Counted from the first letter of the stretch, positions 39,285 through 50,779 are shown. The stretch is DNA of 64,000 nt from Armatimonadota bacterium (GCA_037444405.1 JBBIML010000010.1:112930-176929); one strand, 5' to 3'. Numbers and translations: made by a program. Notes: generated by a model not told the origin, from the letters alone.

Positions 39285-40319
39285 CTATTTGCTGGCGAAG
39301 GGCGCCAGCGCGGTTCGAATCGCCTGTATCTTCGCCATCAGCTCGGCGAACTCGTCGGGTCGCAACGATTGGGCGCCATCGGAAAGCGCGCGTTCCGGTT
39401 GCGGATGCACTTCGATCAGCAAGCCGTCCGCGCCCGCTGCCACCGCCGCCAGCGCGACGGCAGACACATAGCGGGCATGCCCGATTCCGTGGCTGGGATC
39501 CACAATCACAGGCAGATGCGAATGGTAGCGCAGGATGGGCACCGCATTGATGTCCAGCGTGTGGCGGGCGTAGGTGCGGTCGATGGGCACGATCCCGCGC
39601 TCGCACAGCATCACCTGCTCGTTGTCCTGCATCAGCAGGTACTCGGCGGCGGCGAGCCACTCGTCGATGGTGGCGTGCGGCGCGCGCTTGAGCAATACGG
39701 GCTTGCCCGAGCGCCCCGCCGCCACCAGCAGCGGGAAGTTCTGCATGCTCCGCGCCCCAATCTGCAGAATATCCACATACTCCGCCACCAGCTCCACATC
39801 GTGCGGGTCCAGCACCTCGCTCACGGTCGGGATACCCACTTCCTGGCTCACGGCTTTCAAGATTTCCAGCCCTTCGCGCTGAAGACCCTGAAACGAGTAG
39901 GGCGAGGTGCGCGGTTTGTACGCGCCGCCGCGCAGGATGCTGGCGCCCGCCGCTTTCACCGCCCGCGCCGCGCTCAGCGTCTGCTCATAGCTCTCCACAG
40001 CGCACGGACCCGCCATCACCACGAAGTGCCCCGCGCCGATGCGCACCTCGCCGACGCGCACCTCCGTGTCATGCGGATGGAAATCGCGTGAGGCGAGCTT
40101 GTACGGGCGCGACACATGCACCACCTGATCCACGCCCGGCATCGCCGACAGAATCTCGTCCAGCAGCGGGCGCAGGTTCGGCGGAATCGCGCTCGGTATG
40201 CCCACCGCCGTGCGCTCACCACCCGGCAACGGCTGCGCCTTCAGCCCATGCGACTCGATGGTCTGAACCACCGCCTGAATCTGCTCTTCCGTCGCTTCCT
40301 TCCGCATCAGCACGATCAT
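39285..40319 (-). CDS. aroF: 3-deoxy-7-phosphoheptulonate (DAHP) synthase, type I-beta with N-terminal regulatory domain
   Basis: AGPCAVES, RGGAYKPRTSPYSFQG, QIGARSMQN, DPSHG, EVHP, SDG. Confidence 0.93.
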   Translation of the reverse strand: MIVLMRKEATEEQIQAVVQTIESHGLKAQPLPGGERTAVGIPSAIPPNLRPLLDEILSAMPGVDQVVHVSRPYKLASRDFHPHDTEVRVGEVRIGAGHFVVMAGPCAVESYEQTLSAARAVKAAGASILRGGAYKPRTSPYSFQGLQREGLEILKAVSQEVGIPTVSEVLDPHDVELVAEYVDILQIGARSMQNFPLLVAAGRSGKPVLLKRAPHATIDEWLAAAEYLLMQDNEQVMLCERGIVPIDRTYARHTLDINAVPILRYHSHLPVIVDPSHGIGHARYVSAVALAAVAAGADGLLIEVHPQPERALSDGAQSLRPDEFAELMAKIQAIRTALAPFASK

Positions 40320-40419
40320 CGCCGACTCCCCTCTATCACACAGCTGGCTTCCCAAGTATACCCTGCCTTACGCCATTCTGCACAGCGTCAGGTATGCTTT
40401 TTGAGGGAACCATCAGGAA

Positions 40420-42408
40420 ATGAATCGAATCGGCTGGATGGTGGGGCTGGGGTTATTGTTGATCGGGATCGGCTGGTGGCTGATGCGCCCCAGAGCCAGC
40501 TCCATCGAACCGCCACAGGAGGCACCCGCGATGCAGGATCGGCTAACCGCGCCCGATTTTCCCGAAGGGCTGGAATGGCTCAACACCGACCGACTACTCA
40601 GCCTGCGCGACCTGCGCGGCAAAGTGGTGCTGCTCGACTTCTGGACCTACTGCTGCATCAACTGCATGCATATCCTGCCCGACCTCAAGCGGCTGGAACA
40701 CAAATATCCCGACGAGCTGGTGGTCATCGGCGTCCACTCCGCCAAGTTCTTCACCGAGCAGGATTCCCGCAACATCCGTCAGGCGATTTTGCGCTATGAG
40801 ATTGAGCATCCTGTCGTGAACGATAACCAAATGCTCATCTGGGATCGGTACGGTGTGCGCGCCTGGCCCACCCTGGTGCTGATCGACCCGCAGGGCAAAA
40901 TCGCCCATTACCGTTCGGGCGAGGGGGTCTATGCGGCGTTTGACCCGATTATCGCGAAGGTGATAGCGGAGTTCGACAGGCGCGGTCTGCTGGATCGCAC
41001 GCCGCTCAGGTTCAAGCTGGAGCGCGAGCGCAAGCCCATCACCCCGCTCAACTTCCCTGGCAAGGTGCTGGCAGATGAAGCCACCAATCGCCTCTTTATT
41101 GCCGATTCGAACCACCATCGCATCGTGGTGCTGTCGCTGAAGAACAACAGCGTGCAGATGGTGATTGGCAGTGGTCAGCCGGGCTTGCAGGATGGCGATT
41201 TCGCTGCTGCCCGCTTCCGCAACCCGCAGGGCATGGCGTTTGACCCAGCCAACGAAACACTCTATATCGCCGACACCGACAATCACGCCATTCGCAAAGC
41301 CGACCTGCGCACGCGCAGGGTAGAGACGCTGGCGGGCACAGGCGAACAGAGCCGCTTCTACCCGCCGCAGGCAGGCGCTGGCAAGCAGACCGCGCTCAGC
41401 TCCCCATGGGATGTGGTGCTGCACGGGGAGATGCTCTATATCGCGATGGCGGGCTGCCACCAGCTCTGGCGACTGAACCTGCGCACGGGTCAGGTCGAGC
41501 CGCACGCGGGCACAGGGCGCGAAGCGCTTATCGACGCGCCGTTGTCTATGGCGGCGCTGGCGCAACCCTCGGGCATCACCACCGACGGCACGCGCCTCTA
41601 TTTTGCCGATAGCGAGGTCAGCAGCATTCGCGCCGCCGATATCGACCCGAATGGGCGCGTGGAGACGCTGGTCGGCGGCGACCTGTTCGACTTCGGCGAC
41701 CGCGATGGTGTCGGGCGGGAGGCGCGCCTGCAGCACCCGCTCGGCGTCGCCTACCATAATGGCATGCTCTATGTCGCCGACACCTACAACAACAAAATCA
41801 AACGCCTTGACCCCCGCACGCGGCGAATCGAAACATTTCTGGGCACGGGCGAAGAGGGCGCACGCGACGGCGAGAACCCCACCTTCGATGAGCCCGGTGG
41901 ACTGAGCGTGGCGCACGGCAAGCTCTACATCGCCGACACCAACAACCACCTCATTCGTGTGGCGGATTTGCAGACCCGTCGCGTGTCGACACTGGTCATC
42001 AGGGGGCTGGAGCAGCTGAGACCGCCCGCGGAAGTGATGCGCCCGCAGGTGATGGAGCTGCCCGAAGCGGCGGTCGCGCCCAAAAACAGCCGTCTGCGCC
42101 TGCAGATTCGCCTGCCCGACGGCTACAAGCTCAATCCGAACGCCCCTTCGCGCGTGTCCATCAAGGTTAACGGTGCTACCATCGATGGGCAAACCGCGAT
42201 CGACCGTTCCCTGACCACCACCGCGCTGGAGCTGCCGCTGAAACTCAGCGGGCGTACCGCCACGCTGGAAATCGATCTGCTCCTTTACTACTGCCAGAGC
42301 GGGCGTGAGGCGCTCTGCTTCATTCGTGAAGCCCAGCTCAAACAGCCCCTGCGACAGAATGGCAACCCTGCCACTGTCTCCATCGAATACACGGTGCCGC
42401 CGCCCTAA
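40420..42408 (+). CDS. Thioredoxin-like plus NHL-repeat protein (NHLRC2/SOQ1-like)
   Basis: [17 protein letters not shown], repeated YIADTxNH NHL motifs, N-terminal TM helix. Confidence 0.9.
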   Translation: MNRIGWMVGLGLLLIGIGWWLMRPRASSIEPPQEAPAMQDRLTAPDFPEGLEWLNTDRLLSLRDLRGKVVLLDFWTYCCINCMHILPDLKRLEHKYPDELVVIGVHSAKFFTEQDSRNIRQAILRYEIEHPVVNDNQMLIWDRYGVRAWPTLVLIDPQGKIAHYRSGEGVYAAFDPIIAKVIAEFDRRGLLDRTPLRFKLERERKPITPLNFPGKVLADEATNRLFIADSNHHRIVVLSLKNNSVQMVIGSGQPGLQDGDFAAARFRNPQGMAFDPANETLYIADTDNHAIRKADLRTRRVETLAGTGEQSRFYPPQAGAGKQTALSSPWDVVLHGEMLYIAMAGCHQLWRLNLRTGQVEPHAGTGREALIDAPLSMAALAQPSGITTDGTRLYFADSEVSSIRAADIDPNGRVETLVGGDLFDFGDRDGVGREARLQHPLGVAYHNGMLYVADTYNNKIKRLDPRTRRIETFLGTGEEGARDGENPTFDEPGGLSVAHGKLYIADTNNHLIRVADLQTRRVSTLVIRGLEQLRPPAEVMRPQVMELPEAAVAPKNSRLRLQIRLPDGYKLNPNAPSRVSIKVNGATIDGQTAIDRSLTTTALELPLKLSGRTATLEIDLLLYYCQSGREALCFIREAQLKQPLRQNGNPATVSIEYTVPPP

Positions 42409-42457
42409 GGGGATTGAGGCTCGCGCCCCTCTGGGGCAGGGGTATACTTCTGACAGG

Positions 42458-43456
42458 ATGGCGATTGAGACAGAGAAATGGTTGACAGAGGGTGAGGCGC
42501 GTGCCGTCGCAGAGCAGGCTCGACAGCTGATTCTGGCGGTGGAGCAGGTGATTCTGGGCAAGACGGAGACCGTGCGCCTGATGGTGATTGGTCTGCTCAG
42601 TCGGGGGCATCTGCTGATTGAGGATATTCCTGGCGTCGGCAAGACCACGCTCGCCCGCGCGATTGCCCGCGCGATCGGCGGTCAGTTCCGACGGATTCAG
42701 TTCACTCCTGATCTGCTGCCTGCCGATGTTACAGGTTCGGTCATCTACAACCAGAAAGTCGGGCAGTTCGAGTTTCACCCTGGCCCCATCTTTGCCAATA
42801 TTGTGCTGGCGGATGAGGTCAATCGCGCCACGCCAAAGACGCAATCCGCGCTGTTAGAGGCGATGGAGGAGCGTACCGTGTCCATCGAGGGCACGACTCA
42901 CCCCCTGCCGGAACCGTTCCTGGTGATCGCGACGCAGAACAACATCGAGATGGTGGGCACCTATCCGCTGCCCGAAGCGCAGATGGACCGCTTTTTCGCG
43001 CGGGTCTCGCTCGGTTATCCGTCCCCTGAAGTCGAGGCGCGCATTCTGGAGACGCGCCAGATCCATTCGCCGCTGGACGAGCTACAACCCGTGCTGACGC
43101 CTGAACGGTTGCTGGAGTTGCAGGAGGCGGTGCGACGGGTCTATGTCAGCCCTGCGGTGCGGCAATACATCGTGGGTGTGGTCACGGCGACGCGCCATCA
43201 CCCGCAGATTATGCTGGGCGCCAGCCCGCGCGGCTCGCTGGCGCTGATGGTTGGCTCGCAAGCCTTGGCGGTGCTGAACGGGCGGCATTATGTGTTGCCC
43301 GACGATGTGCAGCGGATGGCAGTGCCTGTGCTGGCGCACCGGCTCATTTTGCGAGCCGACCTACAGGGCGTCCAGCCTCGCGCAGAACAGGTTATCCTGC
43401 AGATTCTGAGGGAGGTGCCCGTGCCTGTGGGGGAGGTCGTTGGACAGAATGGATAG
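42458..43456 (+). CDS. MoxR family AAA+ ATPase
   Basis: [48 protein letters not shown]. Confidence 0.95.
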   Translation: MAIETEKWLTEGEARAVAEQARQLILAVEQVILGKTETVRLMVIGLLSRGHLLIEDIPGVGKTTLARAIARAIGGQFRRIQFTPDLLPADVTGSVIYNQKVGQFEFHPGPIFANIVLADEVNRATPKTQSALLEAMEERTVSIEGTTHPLPEPFLVIATQNNIEMVGTYPLPEAQMDRFFARVSLGYPSPEVEARILETRQIHSPLDELQPVLTPERLLELQEAVRRVYVSPAVRQYIVGVVTATRHHPQIMLGASPRGSLALMVGSQALAVLNGRHYVLPDDVQRMAVPVLAHRLILRADLQGVQPRAEQVILQILREVPVPVGEVVGQNG

Positions 43457-44537
43457 AGAGAGCCTGCGCAACGCGAAACTGATGGCGCTGATGGCAGCCA
43501 CCTCGTTCATCTTTTGCTCGGGCGTGACCACAGGCAACCGTCAGATGTACTGGATGGCAAGCCTGCTGGGTGTGCTGTTGGGTGGCGCGTACCTGCTGGT
43601 ACACTGGCTGACGCCGCGGGCGCAGGTGGCTCGCCAGTTGCCACCAGAGGTGCGCGAAGGGGAACTGTTCGCCGTTGCGCTGGAGGTGGTGCTGCCGTTG
43701 CGCTGGTTGCCACTCTGGTATCGTGTCCACGATCGAGTCTCATCCGGACTGAACGCCCACGAGGCGCCCATGCTCGTGCTACCTGGCAAGCATGCCCGGA
43801 TCAGCTACTCGGTCATACCGCTGCGACGCGGCAAGCACACCGTTGGTCCAGTGGAGCTGATTGTTTCCGACATGCTGGGTCTATTCGAGATGAGGCGGCT
43901 GCTGCCCGTCACCGATCAGGTGCTGGTGTTGCCGCGTCCTGTGCCGTTGCCGAACCGAATCTGGGAGGGGGGCGGACGCGGGCGGGCGCATCAGGTGGCG
44001 ACCCGCAGCCAGCAACAGGGCGAAGGCACCGACTGGCACGGTACGCGCGAATATGTGCCCGGCGACCCGCTGCGCCGAATCAACTGGCGGGCTACCGCAC
44101 GGCATCAGCAATGGCATGTGCAGGAGTTCGAAACAAGCCACCTTGCGCCGCTGCTGATCGCCATCGAGCTGGCACCTCGCTGGGAGCGTGAAGCCGACGG
44201 CGTGTGCCCCCATTTTGAGCGAGCCATCCGACACATCGCCTGGCTGGTGATGGAAGCCCCGCGCAGCGGCATTCGAGTGCTGTTGACTGCGCCCGGCTGG
44301 GATGGGATTCAGGTAGAAAACGCTTCGCGACAGGCGACGATGAATGCGCTACGGGCGCTGGCGACGCTCCAGCCTGAGTCGAGCGTTTCCCTGGCACAGC
44401 AGCTGCCTGCGCTGATTCAGCAATACAGCGGGCAATATGCTATCTGCCTGTTTGTGCCACCTGCCGAGCGCCGGCACTACGAGTCGCTTGTTCAGCCCTA
44501 TCTCCAGCAGGGTTATATCGTTGAGGTGTATGCGTGA
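43449..44537 (+). CDS. DUF58 domain protein
   Basis: [19 protein letters not shown] motif; follows moxR. Confidence 0.88.
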   Translation: MDRESLRNAKLMALMAATSFIFCSGVTTGNRQMYWMASLLGVLLGGAYLLVHWLTPRAQVARQLPPEVREGELFAVALEVVLPLRWLPLWYRVHDRVSSGLNAHEAPMLVLPGKHARISYSVIPLRRGKHTVGPVELIVSDMLGLFEMRRLLPVTDQVLVLPRPVPLPNRIWEGGGRGRAHQVATRSQQQGEGTDWHGTREYVPGDPLRRINWRATARHQQWHVQEFETSHLAPLLIAIELAPRWEREADGVCPHFERAIRHIAWLVMEAPRSGIRVLLTAPGWDGIQVENASRQATMNALRALATLQPESSVSLAQQLPALIQQYSGQYAICLFVPPAERRHYESLVQPYLQQGYIVEVYA

Positions 44538-45780
44538 GACACGGCAGGAACCACCCGCGAAATGGGTGCTGATGGGCGTGCCGGTGCGCCCCGGCATCGC
44601 GATGGGACTGGGCGCACCCCTCTATCTGCCCACGCCTGGTACGCCCGCATGGTTAGATCCGCGCCTGTTCGCCGCAAACGAAGAGGAGTGGCTGGCTATC
44701 GAGTACCGCATGCCGACCGAGCCGTTAGAGGTGATTGCCTTTGTGCATCGGCTGGACGATGTGCCGCCGCTGCTGGCACCGAATGTGCGCGTGGTGGGCT
44801 GGGTGGTCGAGCAGGAGCCGTCACCGCCACTACCCGGTGTGCCTATCGTGCAAGTCGCTCGCCTGCCGCGTATCCTGCCTCCAGAACCGCTGACCATTAT
44901 CGACGCTAACGCGGGGATTGTTTATATTGAGCCGAGCGCGCAGACACTAAACCGCTATCAGGCGCAACTGTTGCGCGTGGCGAGCCAGACCCGCTTCTAT
45001 CTGGAGATGGAGCATCTGCCCAGCCGCACCTGGGATAACCGCGAGCTGCCCGTCGGTGCATGGATGCAGAGCTGGGATTCGGTGGAGGTAGCCGTTCAGC
45101 ATGGCGCCGATATTATCGCCGTGCGGAGCCAGCACCCTCCCGATAATTTTGGCACGCTGGGACAGACGCTGGGCGGTAAGCCGCTCTGGTGGATCGCGCC
45201 TGCCGATTTGCTGTGGGATGAGTCCCTCATCCCCGCCCTCTGGAAATGGAGCGCAACAATCGCCCTTACCTGCCTGCTGGAGCAGCCCTCCAGCCATGCG
45301 TCGGAGCAGGTCGCCATGTGGTGGACAACAATGGAAGCAGCCCGCGAAGCGCTCAAACGCGACCACCAGCCCATCGGTACACTCTCAGTGGGGATCGCCA
45401 TTCGCTGGCGGCAACCCCGCCAGCAGCCTCCATCTGATGCCAGACAGACGCCTGTGAAAACCCTCTGCTGGTTCGGACAGGCGCTCAGCCAGAATCGCAC
45501 AGTGGAAGCCCTGCTGTCGCAACAGAGCTGGGCAATCCGATATGGTCGGCAGCGCGCGCTGGTGCTGGATGTGGTGGAGCCTGTTCAGCTCGCAGTCGCG
45601 CTGGGGCTACAACCCCATGTGCTCCTGGTGCCTCCAGAACAGGTTCAAATCACCAAGCAGATGATAGCGCGATTAGGCATCGACGAGTGCCACCACTGGC
45701 TTCTGCAGCGCCTGCAAGACTGGGAGGATGCAGAGATTGTTCGGCAACCTGAAACCTGGCTTCAACTCCGCACGGGCTGA
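44530..45780 (+). CDS. Degenerate PTS enzyme I-like (PEP-utilizing fold) protein
   Basis: GVPVRPGIAMG, IIDANAGIVYIEP and AVQHGADIIAVRS resemble EI segments; no TSH phospho-His motif. Confidence 0.55.
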   Translation: MRETRQEPPAKWVLMGVPVRPGIAMGLGAPLYLPTPGTPAWLDPRLFAANEEEWLAIEYRMPTEPLEVIAFVHRLDDVPPLLAPNVRVVGWVVEQEPSPPLPGVPIVQVARLPRILPPEPLTIIDANAGIVYIEPSAQTLNRYQAQLLRVASQTRFYLEMEHLPSRTWDNRELPVGAWMQSWDSVEVAVQHGADIIAVRSQHPPDNFGTLGQTLGGKPLWWIAPADLLWDESLIPALWKWSATIALTCLLEQPSSHASEQVAMWWTTMEAAREALKRDHQPIGTLSVGIAIRWRQPRQQPPSDARQTPVKTLCWFGQALSQNRTVEALLSQQSWAIRYGRQRALVLDVVEPVQLAVALGLQPHVLLVPPEQVQITKQMIARLGIDECHHWLLQRLQDWEDAEIVRQPETWLQLRTG

Positions 45781-45813
45781 AAGCGGGTATCCTCTCGATA
45801 GAGGGTCATATCA

Positions 45814-46734
45814 ATGCAGGTAGAAGGGCAGGAGTTTGTGCGTCCCTTTCGTGTGGGCATCGGACAGATCAAGCCGTTCAAGGGCAACTACAAGCGCAAT
45901 CTGGAACGCATCGGTGAGATGATGGCGCAGATTGTGCGCGAATCGTTGCCCGTGGATGTGCTGGTGCTGCCCGAAACAGTGACCACAGGTTACTTTATTG
46001 AGGGCGGCGTGCGTGAGCTGGCAATGCCCGCTTCGCAGCTGCTAAGGGACCTCGCCCAGCTCTATGCGAATTGCAAGCCTGATCGTGCACTTGACATCTG
46101 CCTGGGTTTTTATGAGCGGTATCGCGGTGAGGATTACAACGCAGCACTTTATGCAACTTTGGAACCAAAACATGAACAGTCACGAATCGTGCATGTGCAT
46201 CGCAAGTTTTTCTTGCCGACCTATGGCGTTTTTGAAGAGGAGCGATTCGTGGCTCGTGGCACGCGCCTCGATGTGTTCACCACCCGATTCTGTCAGGCGG
46301 CAGTCTTGATTTGTGAAGATGTATGGCACTCTGTGACACCGATGATTGTGGCGCTGAAGGGCGCCCAGGTCATCTATGTACCGACTGCATCGCCTGCGCG
46401 AGGCTTTCATGGCGAGCAAATCGAAAATGTGGCTGTCTACGAACGCATGCTCACCCAGATTGCCGGTGAACATGGACTGTTTATCATTCAATCCAGTCTG
46501 GTGGGGTTTGAAGGCGGAAAAGGCTTCGTGGGCGCCTCACTGGCGGTTGATCCGTTTGGCAAGGTGATTGCGCAGGCGCCACTGGGTCAAGAGGCGCTGC
46601 TGATTGTAACCATCGATCTGGACGACCTGGCGATTGCACGCGCCCAACTGCCACTGCTATCCGACCTGCGTTCCACACTGCCCGACATCGCCCTGCAGAT
46701 CAACGCGATTGTTCAGCAGGAACGGTTGAGATAG
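45814..46734 (+). CDS. Carbon-nitrogen hydrolase (nitrilase superfamily, NAD synthetase glutaminase-like)
   Basis: E-K-C triad: LPET, RKFFLPTYGVFEE, ICEDVW. Confidence 0.9.
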   Translation: MQVEGQEFVRPFRVGIGQIKPFKGNYKRNLERIGEMMAQIVRESLPVDVLVLPETVTTGYFIEGGVRELAMPASQLLRDLAQLYANCKPDRALDICLGFYERYRGEDYNAALYATLEPKHEQSRIVHVHRKFFLPTYGVFEEERFVARGTRLDVFTTRFCQAAVLICEDVWHSVTPMIVALKGAQVIYVPTASPARGFHGEQIENVAVYERMLTQIAGEHGLFIIQSSLVGFEGGKGFVGASLAVDPFGKVIAQAPLGQEALLIVTIDLDDLAIARAQLPLLSDLRSTLPDIALQINAIVQQERLR

Positions 46735-46769
46735 CTGTGCGGTATAATCGAGATGGAGGTAGACAAACA

Positions 46770-47114
46770 ATGCGTCGACGAGGCATGCCGATTGGTCTTA
46801 TTGGAGCAGTGGTCATTTTGCTGGCGTTTGTCATCTGGTACGGCTGGAGTACGCAGATTGCGCCCTACATAGCGGAACAGCGTGCCCGGCAACAGCAGCA
46901 AGAGTCGAACTTGCCGCCGCCATCCGAGGCTGAAATCAAAGCGCAGCTGGAGAAGAATAAGCAAATGGTTCAGCAGCAGCAACCACCAGCACCTGCAAAG
47001 ACAGAAACCCCAAAGCCGAAGCCATCATCCAGTCCACAGCCTTCGCAACCGAATCCAGAGCGCGAAGTGGTGGAATACTGGTGGATGTATACACAGAATA
47101 AAACGAAGAAGTAG
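46770..47114 (+). CDS. Hypothetical single-TM Gln/Pro-rich protein
   Basis: SD GGAGG, N-terminal TM helix, upstream GGTATAAT. Confidence 0.65.
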   Translation: MRRRGMPIGLIGAVVILLAFVIWYGWSTQIAPYIAEQRARQQQQESNLPPPSEAEIKAQLEKNKQMVQQQQPPAPAKTETPKPKPSSSPQPSQPNPEREVVEYWWMYTQNKTKK

Positions 47115-47139
47115 AACATGTTCAACAGGAGAGGCGACG

Positions 47140-48054
47140 ATGCTGTCACGCATACTTGTGCTGCGGGTGGCAGAGTGGCCCCCGTTTAAAAACTGGATCA
47201 CGCATAGCCCGATGACTCGCGGGCTGGTTAGTCGCTTTATTGCTGGTGAGGATCTGGATACCGCCATCCAGGTCACGCACCAGCTGAATGCTCAGGGTTT
47301 CCTGGTCGCTCTTGATTATCTGGGCGAATCGACCACGCGCCCTGAAGAAGCAGAAAATGCTGCCCGCCAGTATATAATCCTGCTGGAACGGATTGCTGAA
47401 ACGGGCGTGAATGCCTGCATTTCCATTAAGCTCACCCAGCTGGGGTTAGACCTTGGCTACGAGTTGTGTCGCCAGCATCTGGAGTGTGTGTTGAAAACCG
47501 CGCAGGAACTGCAGAACTTCGTCTGGATCGATATGGAGAGCAGTCGCCATACCGATGATATTTTGAAACTGTTCATAGAGATGTACCCGCGCTACCCGAA
47601 CAGCGGTACCGTTTTACAAAGCTATCTCTATCGCACGCCGAGCGATCTGGAGCGGTTGCTGGAGCTGGGAGCGCGTATCCGACTGGTCAAAGGTGCCTAT
47701 GCAGAGCCGCGCGAAGTCGCCTATCCCGATAAGCGCTCAGTCGATCGCCAGTTCAGAATCTTGATGGAGCAGCTGCTGGAGCGCGGGCGCGAGCCAGCCA
47801 TCGCCACACACGATGTGCGGCTTATTCAGCACGCGAAACGCTATGCGATGCAGATTGGGCTGCGCAAAGACCAGTTTGAATTTCAATTGCTTTACGGAAT
47901 CAGCCGTGAGTTACAGAAGCAGCTTGTTGCTGAGGGTTACCGCACGCTCATCTATGTGCCTTATGGTGAGCAGTGGTATCCCTACTTCTCACGCCGTCTG
48001 GCTGAACGCCCTGCCAATCTCTACTTCATCCTGCGCAACCTCTTCCGCCGATAG
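47140..48054 (+). CDS. Monofunctional proline dehydrogenase
   Basis: RFIAGE, SIKLTQLGL, IDME, RLVKGAY, IATHD, RRLAERPAN. Confidence 0.94.
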   Translation: MLSRILVLRVAEWPPFKNWITHSPMTRGLVSRFIAGEDLDTAIQVTHQLNAQGFLVALDYLGESTTRPEEAENAARQYIILLERIAETGVNACISIKLTQLGLDLGYELCRQHLECVLKTAQELQNFVWIDMESSRHTDDILKLFIEMYPRYPNSGTVLQSYLYRTPSDLERLLELGARIRLVKGAYAEPREVAYPDKRSVDRQFRILMEQLLERGREPAIATHDVRLIQHAKRYAMQIGLRKDQFEFQLLYGISRELQKQLVAEGYRTLIYVPYGEQWYPYFSRRLAERPANLYFILRNLFRR

Positions 48055-48663
48055 CTACTCCCCTTCCTCCTTCTTTCGAAGGAGCTGCTCTCGCTCTTTG
48101 ATCAGGGGCAGCACCTGTCGGAACTCGTCGGTACCCGCCTGATAGAGCCATTCGTAGGTCACCGACTCGACGCTGGTAATGATGGCGCCTGCATGTTGCA
48201 AGCGCAGCAGGGCATACTTCCATTCGCGCTTGCCCCGGCTGGCAACCGCATCGTAAGGCACATGCACCTGATAGCCTGCCTTTAATAAATCCAGTGCGGT
48301 CTGCAGGATGCAGATGTGCGCCTCGATACCCGTCAGCACCACCTGCTGGCGCCCGGTTTCCTGCAAGGCTCTCGCAAACGGTTCCACACTGAAGCAGCTA
48401 AAGCAGAGCTTGTCAATAGGGGCGGTCGGTTCAGGTAGCAGTGGCTGAAGTGACGGCACAAGGTCACCGAGCCGCTCCCGATTTTGCAGGGTCGCCAGCA
48501 CGGGCACATCCAGCTGTTTGGCAACCTGCAGCAGAAATCCGATATTCTGCTCAATTAGCGCCGCTACCGTGATTGCCTCCAGAAACGGTGCCTGCATATC
48601 GACTACCACCAGCACCGAACGCTCTCGGCTCAACAGCAGTTCTGATCGTTCCATCTCATTCAA
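48055..48663 (-). CDS. Isochorismatase-family hydrolase
   Basis: VVDMQ, DKLCFSC, GIEAHICILQTALD. Confidence 0.9.
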   Translation of the reverse strand: MNEMERSELLLSRERSVLVVVDMQAPFLEAITVAALIEQNIGFLLQVAKQLDVPVLATLQNRERLGDLVPSLQPLLPEPTAPIDKLCFSCFSVEPFARALQETGRQQVVLTGIEAHICILQTALDLLKAGYQVHVPYDAVASRGKREWKYALLRLQHAGAIITSVESVTYEWLYQAGTDEFRQVLPLIKEREQLLRKKEEGE

Positions 48664-49855
48664 CCTCCATCTGAATAACGGTGTTTACCGGGTCAGGCAA
48701 CGGTTTGGGCAAGCTAATCTGCACCCGATCGCCCTGCTGGTCTACTTTCAGGGGCTTGCCTGTTGCTAACAGGCGCACTCGCCGGATTCGTACAGCGGGT
48801 AATTGCACGCTGATATGGGATGGTTCAGGTGGCTTCCAGACATGGAAGTAGATGGCTCGCTGTGTGCGTGTGGCAGTGCCCCATGGTGTAGTTTCAAAGA
48901 CGCGCCCGCGTGTGCCGTAAATCGCTTTGCCATTCTTCTGGAGCCACAGTCCCATTTGCTCAAGCCGCTCCTGATGTTCTGCCTGAATAGTGCCGTCAGG
49001 CTTCGGTCCCACATTTAGCAGCAGATTGGCATCCCTGCCTGCACATTCAGCTAACAGGCGAATCAGTTGTTCAGACGATTTGTGGTTGTTGTCGTGGGCA
49101 TTATAGCCCCAGCTGTTGTTGATAGTGAGGCATGTTTCATAGAGTGCGCCTTGCATCGGCATTGCTTTGTTAAAGCCAGCTGTATTTTCGCCTGGCAAAT
49201 CCTGTTCGAAGGTCTGAATATCCTCATCGGGTAGAGGTTGCTGGTGGTGATTGTTGCCTATCAGGATGCCAGGGGCTATGCGGCGCATCTCGCGATATAG
49301 ATTGGTGAGTTTCCAGGTGGCATCAAGGTTTTCGGGCTTATGCCAGCAGCCATCAAGCCAGATTCCGAAAGGCTTGTACTTGCGGATAAGCTCCAACACC
49401 TGCCCGTGCCAGTAGCGTGTGTAGGCGTCCCAGTCAGAATTGTAGGCTGGATGATGCCAGTCCAACGGTGAGTAGTAGAACAGGATGGCTACACGCTGTC
49501 GACGGCACTCGCGCACCAGTTCACCGATTGCATCGCGCTGATAGGGAGACTTCGTGATCTTATAGTCGGTCAGATCGCTGTCATACATACAGAAGCCGTC
49601 GTGATGTTTGGCGATGATGGTGATGTAGCGCATGCCTGCTCGTTTTGCCAGTGCAACCCATTCACGCGGATTATAGCGCACAGGATTGAACTGGTGGATC
49701 AGCTGCTCATATTCCTGAACGGGGATTTTCTCGTGGTACATCGCCCATTCGCCCCGTCCCAGCATGGAGTAGACGCCCCAGTGAATGAACATTCCAAACC
49801 GCATCAGGCGGAATCGTTCGCGTGCCCGTTGCCTCGCAGGATTCATCTCCATCAC
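48656..49855 (-). CDS. Alpha-L-fucosidase (GH29)
   Basis: FGMFIHWGVYS, KHHDGF, WLDG, NLLLNVGP. Confidence 0.92.
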   Translation of the reverse strand: MMEMNPARQRARERFRLMRFGMFIHWGVYSMLGRGEWAMYHEKIPVQEYEQLIHQFNPVRYNPREWVALAKRAGMRYITIIAKHHDGFCMYDSDLTDYKITKSPYQRDAIGELVRECRRQRVAILFYYSPLDWHHPAYNSDWDAYTRYWHGQVLELIRKYKPFGIWLDGCWHKPENLDATWKLTNLYREMRRIAPGILIGNNHHQQPLPDEDIQTFEQDLPGENTAGFNKAMPMQGALYETCLTINNSWGYNAHDNNHKSSEQLIRLLAECAGRDANLLLNVGPKPDGTIQAEHQERLEQMGLWLQKNGKAIYGTRGRVFETTPWGTATRTQRAIYFHVWKPPEPSHISVQLPAVRIRRVRLLATGKPLKVDQQGDRVQISLPKPLPDPVNTVIQMEVE

Positions 49856-49882
49856 CTCTCTGGCTCATATGGTTGGGAACGA

Positions 49883-49898
49883 CTTTTCACATGAAAAC
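49883..49898. promoter_or_regulatory. Candidate parS-like site
   Basis: cTTTTCACATGAAAAc versus consensus tGTTTCACGTGAAACa, just downstream of parB. Confidence 0.4.
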
Positions 49899-49906
49899 TC
49901 CTCTAC

Positions 49907-50779
49907 CTAAAACCCATGGGGGGCGATCGTTTCCAGGATCCGCCCCAGCTCCTCTTCTGAGTAGAACTCGATCACAATCCGCCCTGCCCCTCCCTCCATA
50001 TAAACCACCTTCACCTTCGTGCCCAGATACGCGCTCAGATTATGCTCCAATGCCCTGACCTCTGGAGGTGGAGGGGAGGGTAGGGGATGAGAGCGCGGAC
50101 CTGGATTAACAGGCTGTTCGGGCGAGCGCAACTCACGCGCGCGCAGCTCTGTTGCCCGCACGCTCAAGCCATCGGTGGTAATCTGCTGCCACAGCTGGCG
50201 TTGCTGCACGGGGTCTTTGACCATCAGCAGTGCACGCCCATGCCCCTCACTGATGAGACCGCTCTGAATGCTCTCCTGAATATAGGGAGGCAGTTGAAGC
50301 AGGCGTAGAGTGTTCGAGATAGCAGGTACACTCTTACCCACGCGCTGCGCTACCTGCTCCTGGGTTAGTCCGAACTCCTCCATTAGATGTCTGTAAGCCA
50401 GCGCTGCATCGATGGGATTGATGTCTTCACGCTGAAGATTCTCAATTAAAGCCATCTCCAGCATCTGCTGCTCGGATGGCGTGCGCACGATGGCAGGAAT
50501 ACGCTCCAACCCTGCCATCTGCGCCGCGCGCAGGCGACGCTCACCTGCGACCAGGATGTATTCTTCCGCCCCTTCCTTGCGCACGATAATCGGTTGCAAA
50601 ACGCCTACCTGTCGTATCGACTCTGCCAGCTCGCGCAACGACTCCTCATCAAAGGTTCGGCGCGGTTGATAGGGGTTCGGGCGAACCTGCGCAACAGGTA
50701 TCTCCTGGACCATGTTGCTTTCCAGATCGCCTTGAGCAAGCAGAGCGCTCAACCCTTTACCCAGCCCGCGACGCACCAT
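49907..50779 (-). CDS. parB: Chromosome partitioning protein ParB/Spo0J
   Basis: GLGKGLSAL, NPYQPR, AGERRLRA, ENLQREDI, HTH. Confidence 0.96.
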   Translation of the reverse strand: MVRRGLGKGLSALLAQGDLESNMVQEIPVAQVRPNPYQPRRTFDEESLRELAESIRQVGVLQPIIVRKEGAEEYILVAGERRLRAAQMAGLERIPAIVRTPSEQQMLEMALIENLQREDINPIDAALAYRHLMEEFGLTQEQVAQRVGKSVPAISNTLRLLQLPPYIQESIQSGLISEGHGRALLMVKDPVQQRQLWQQITTDGLSVRATELRARELRSPEQPVNPGPRSHPLPSPPPPEVRALEHNLSAYLGTKVKVVYMEGGAGRIVIEFYSEEELGRILETIAPHGF

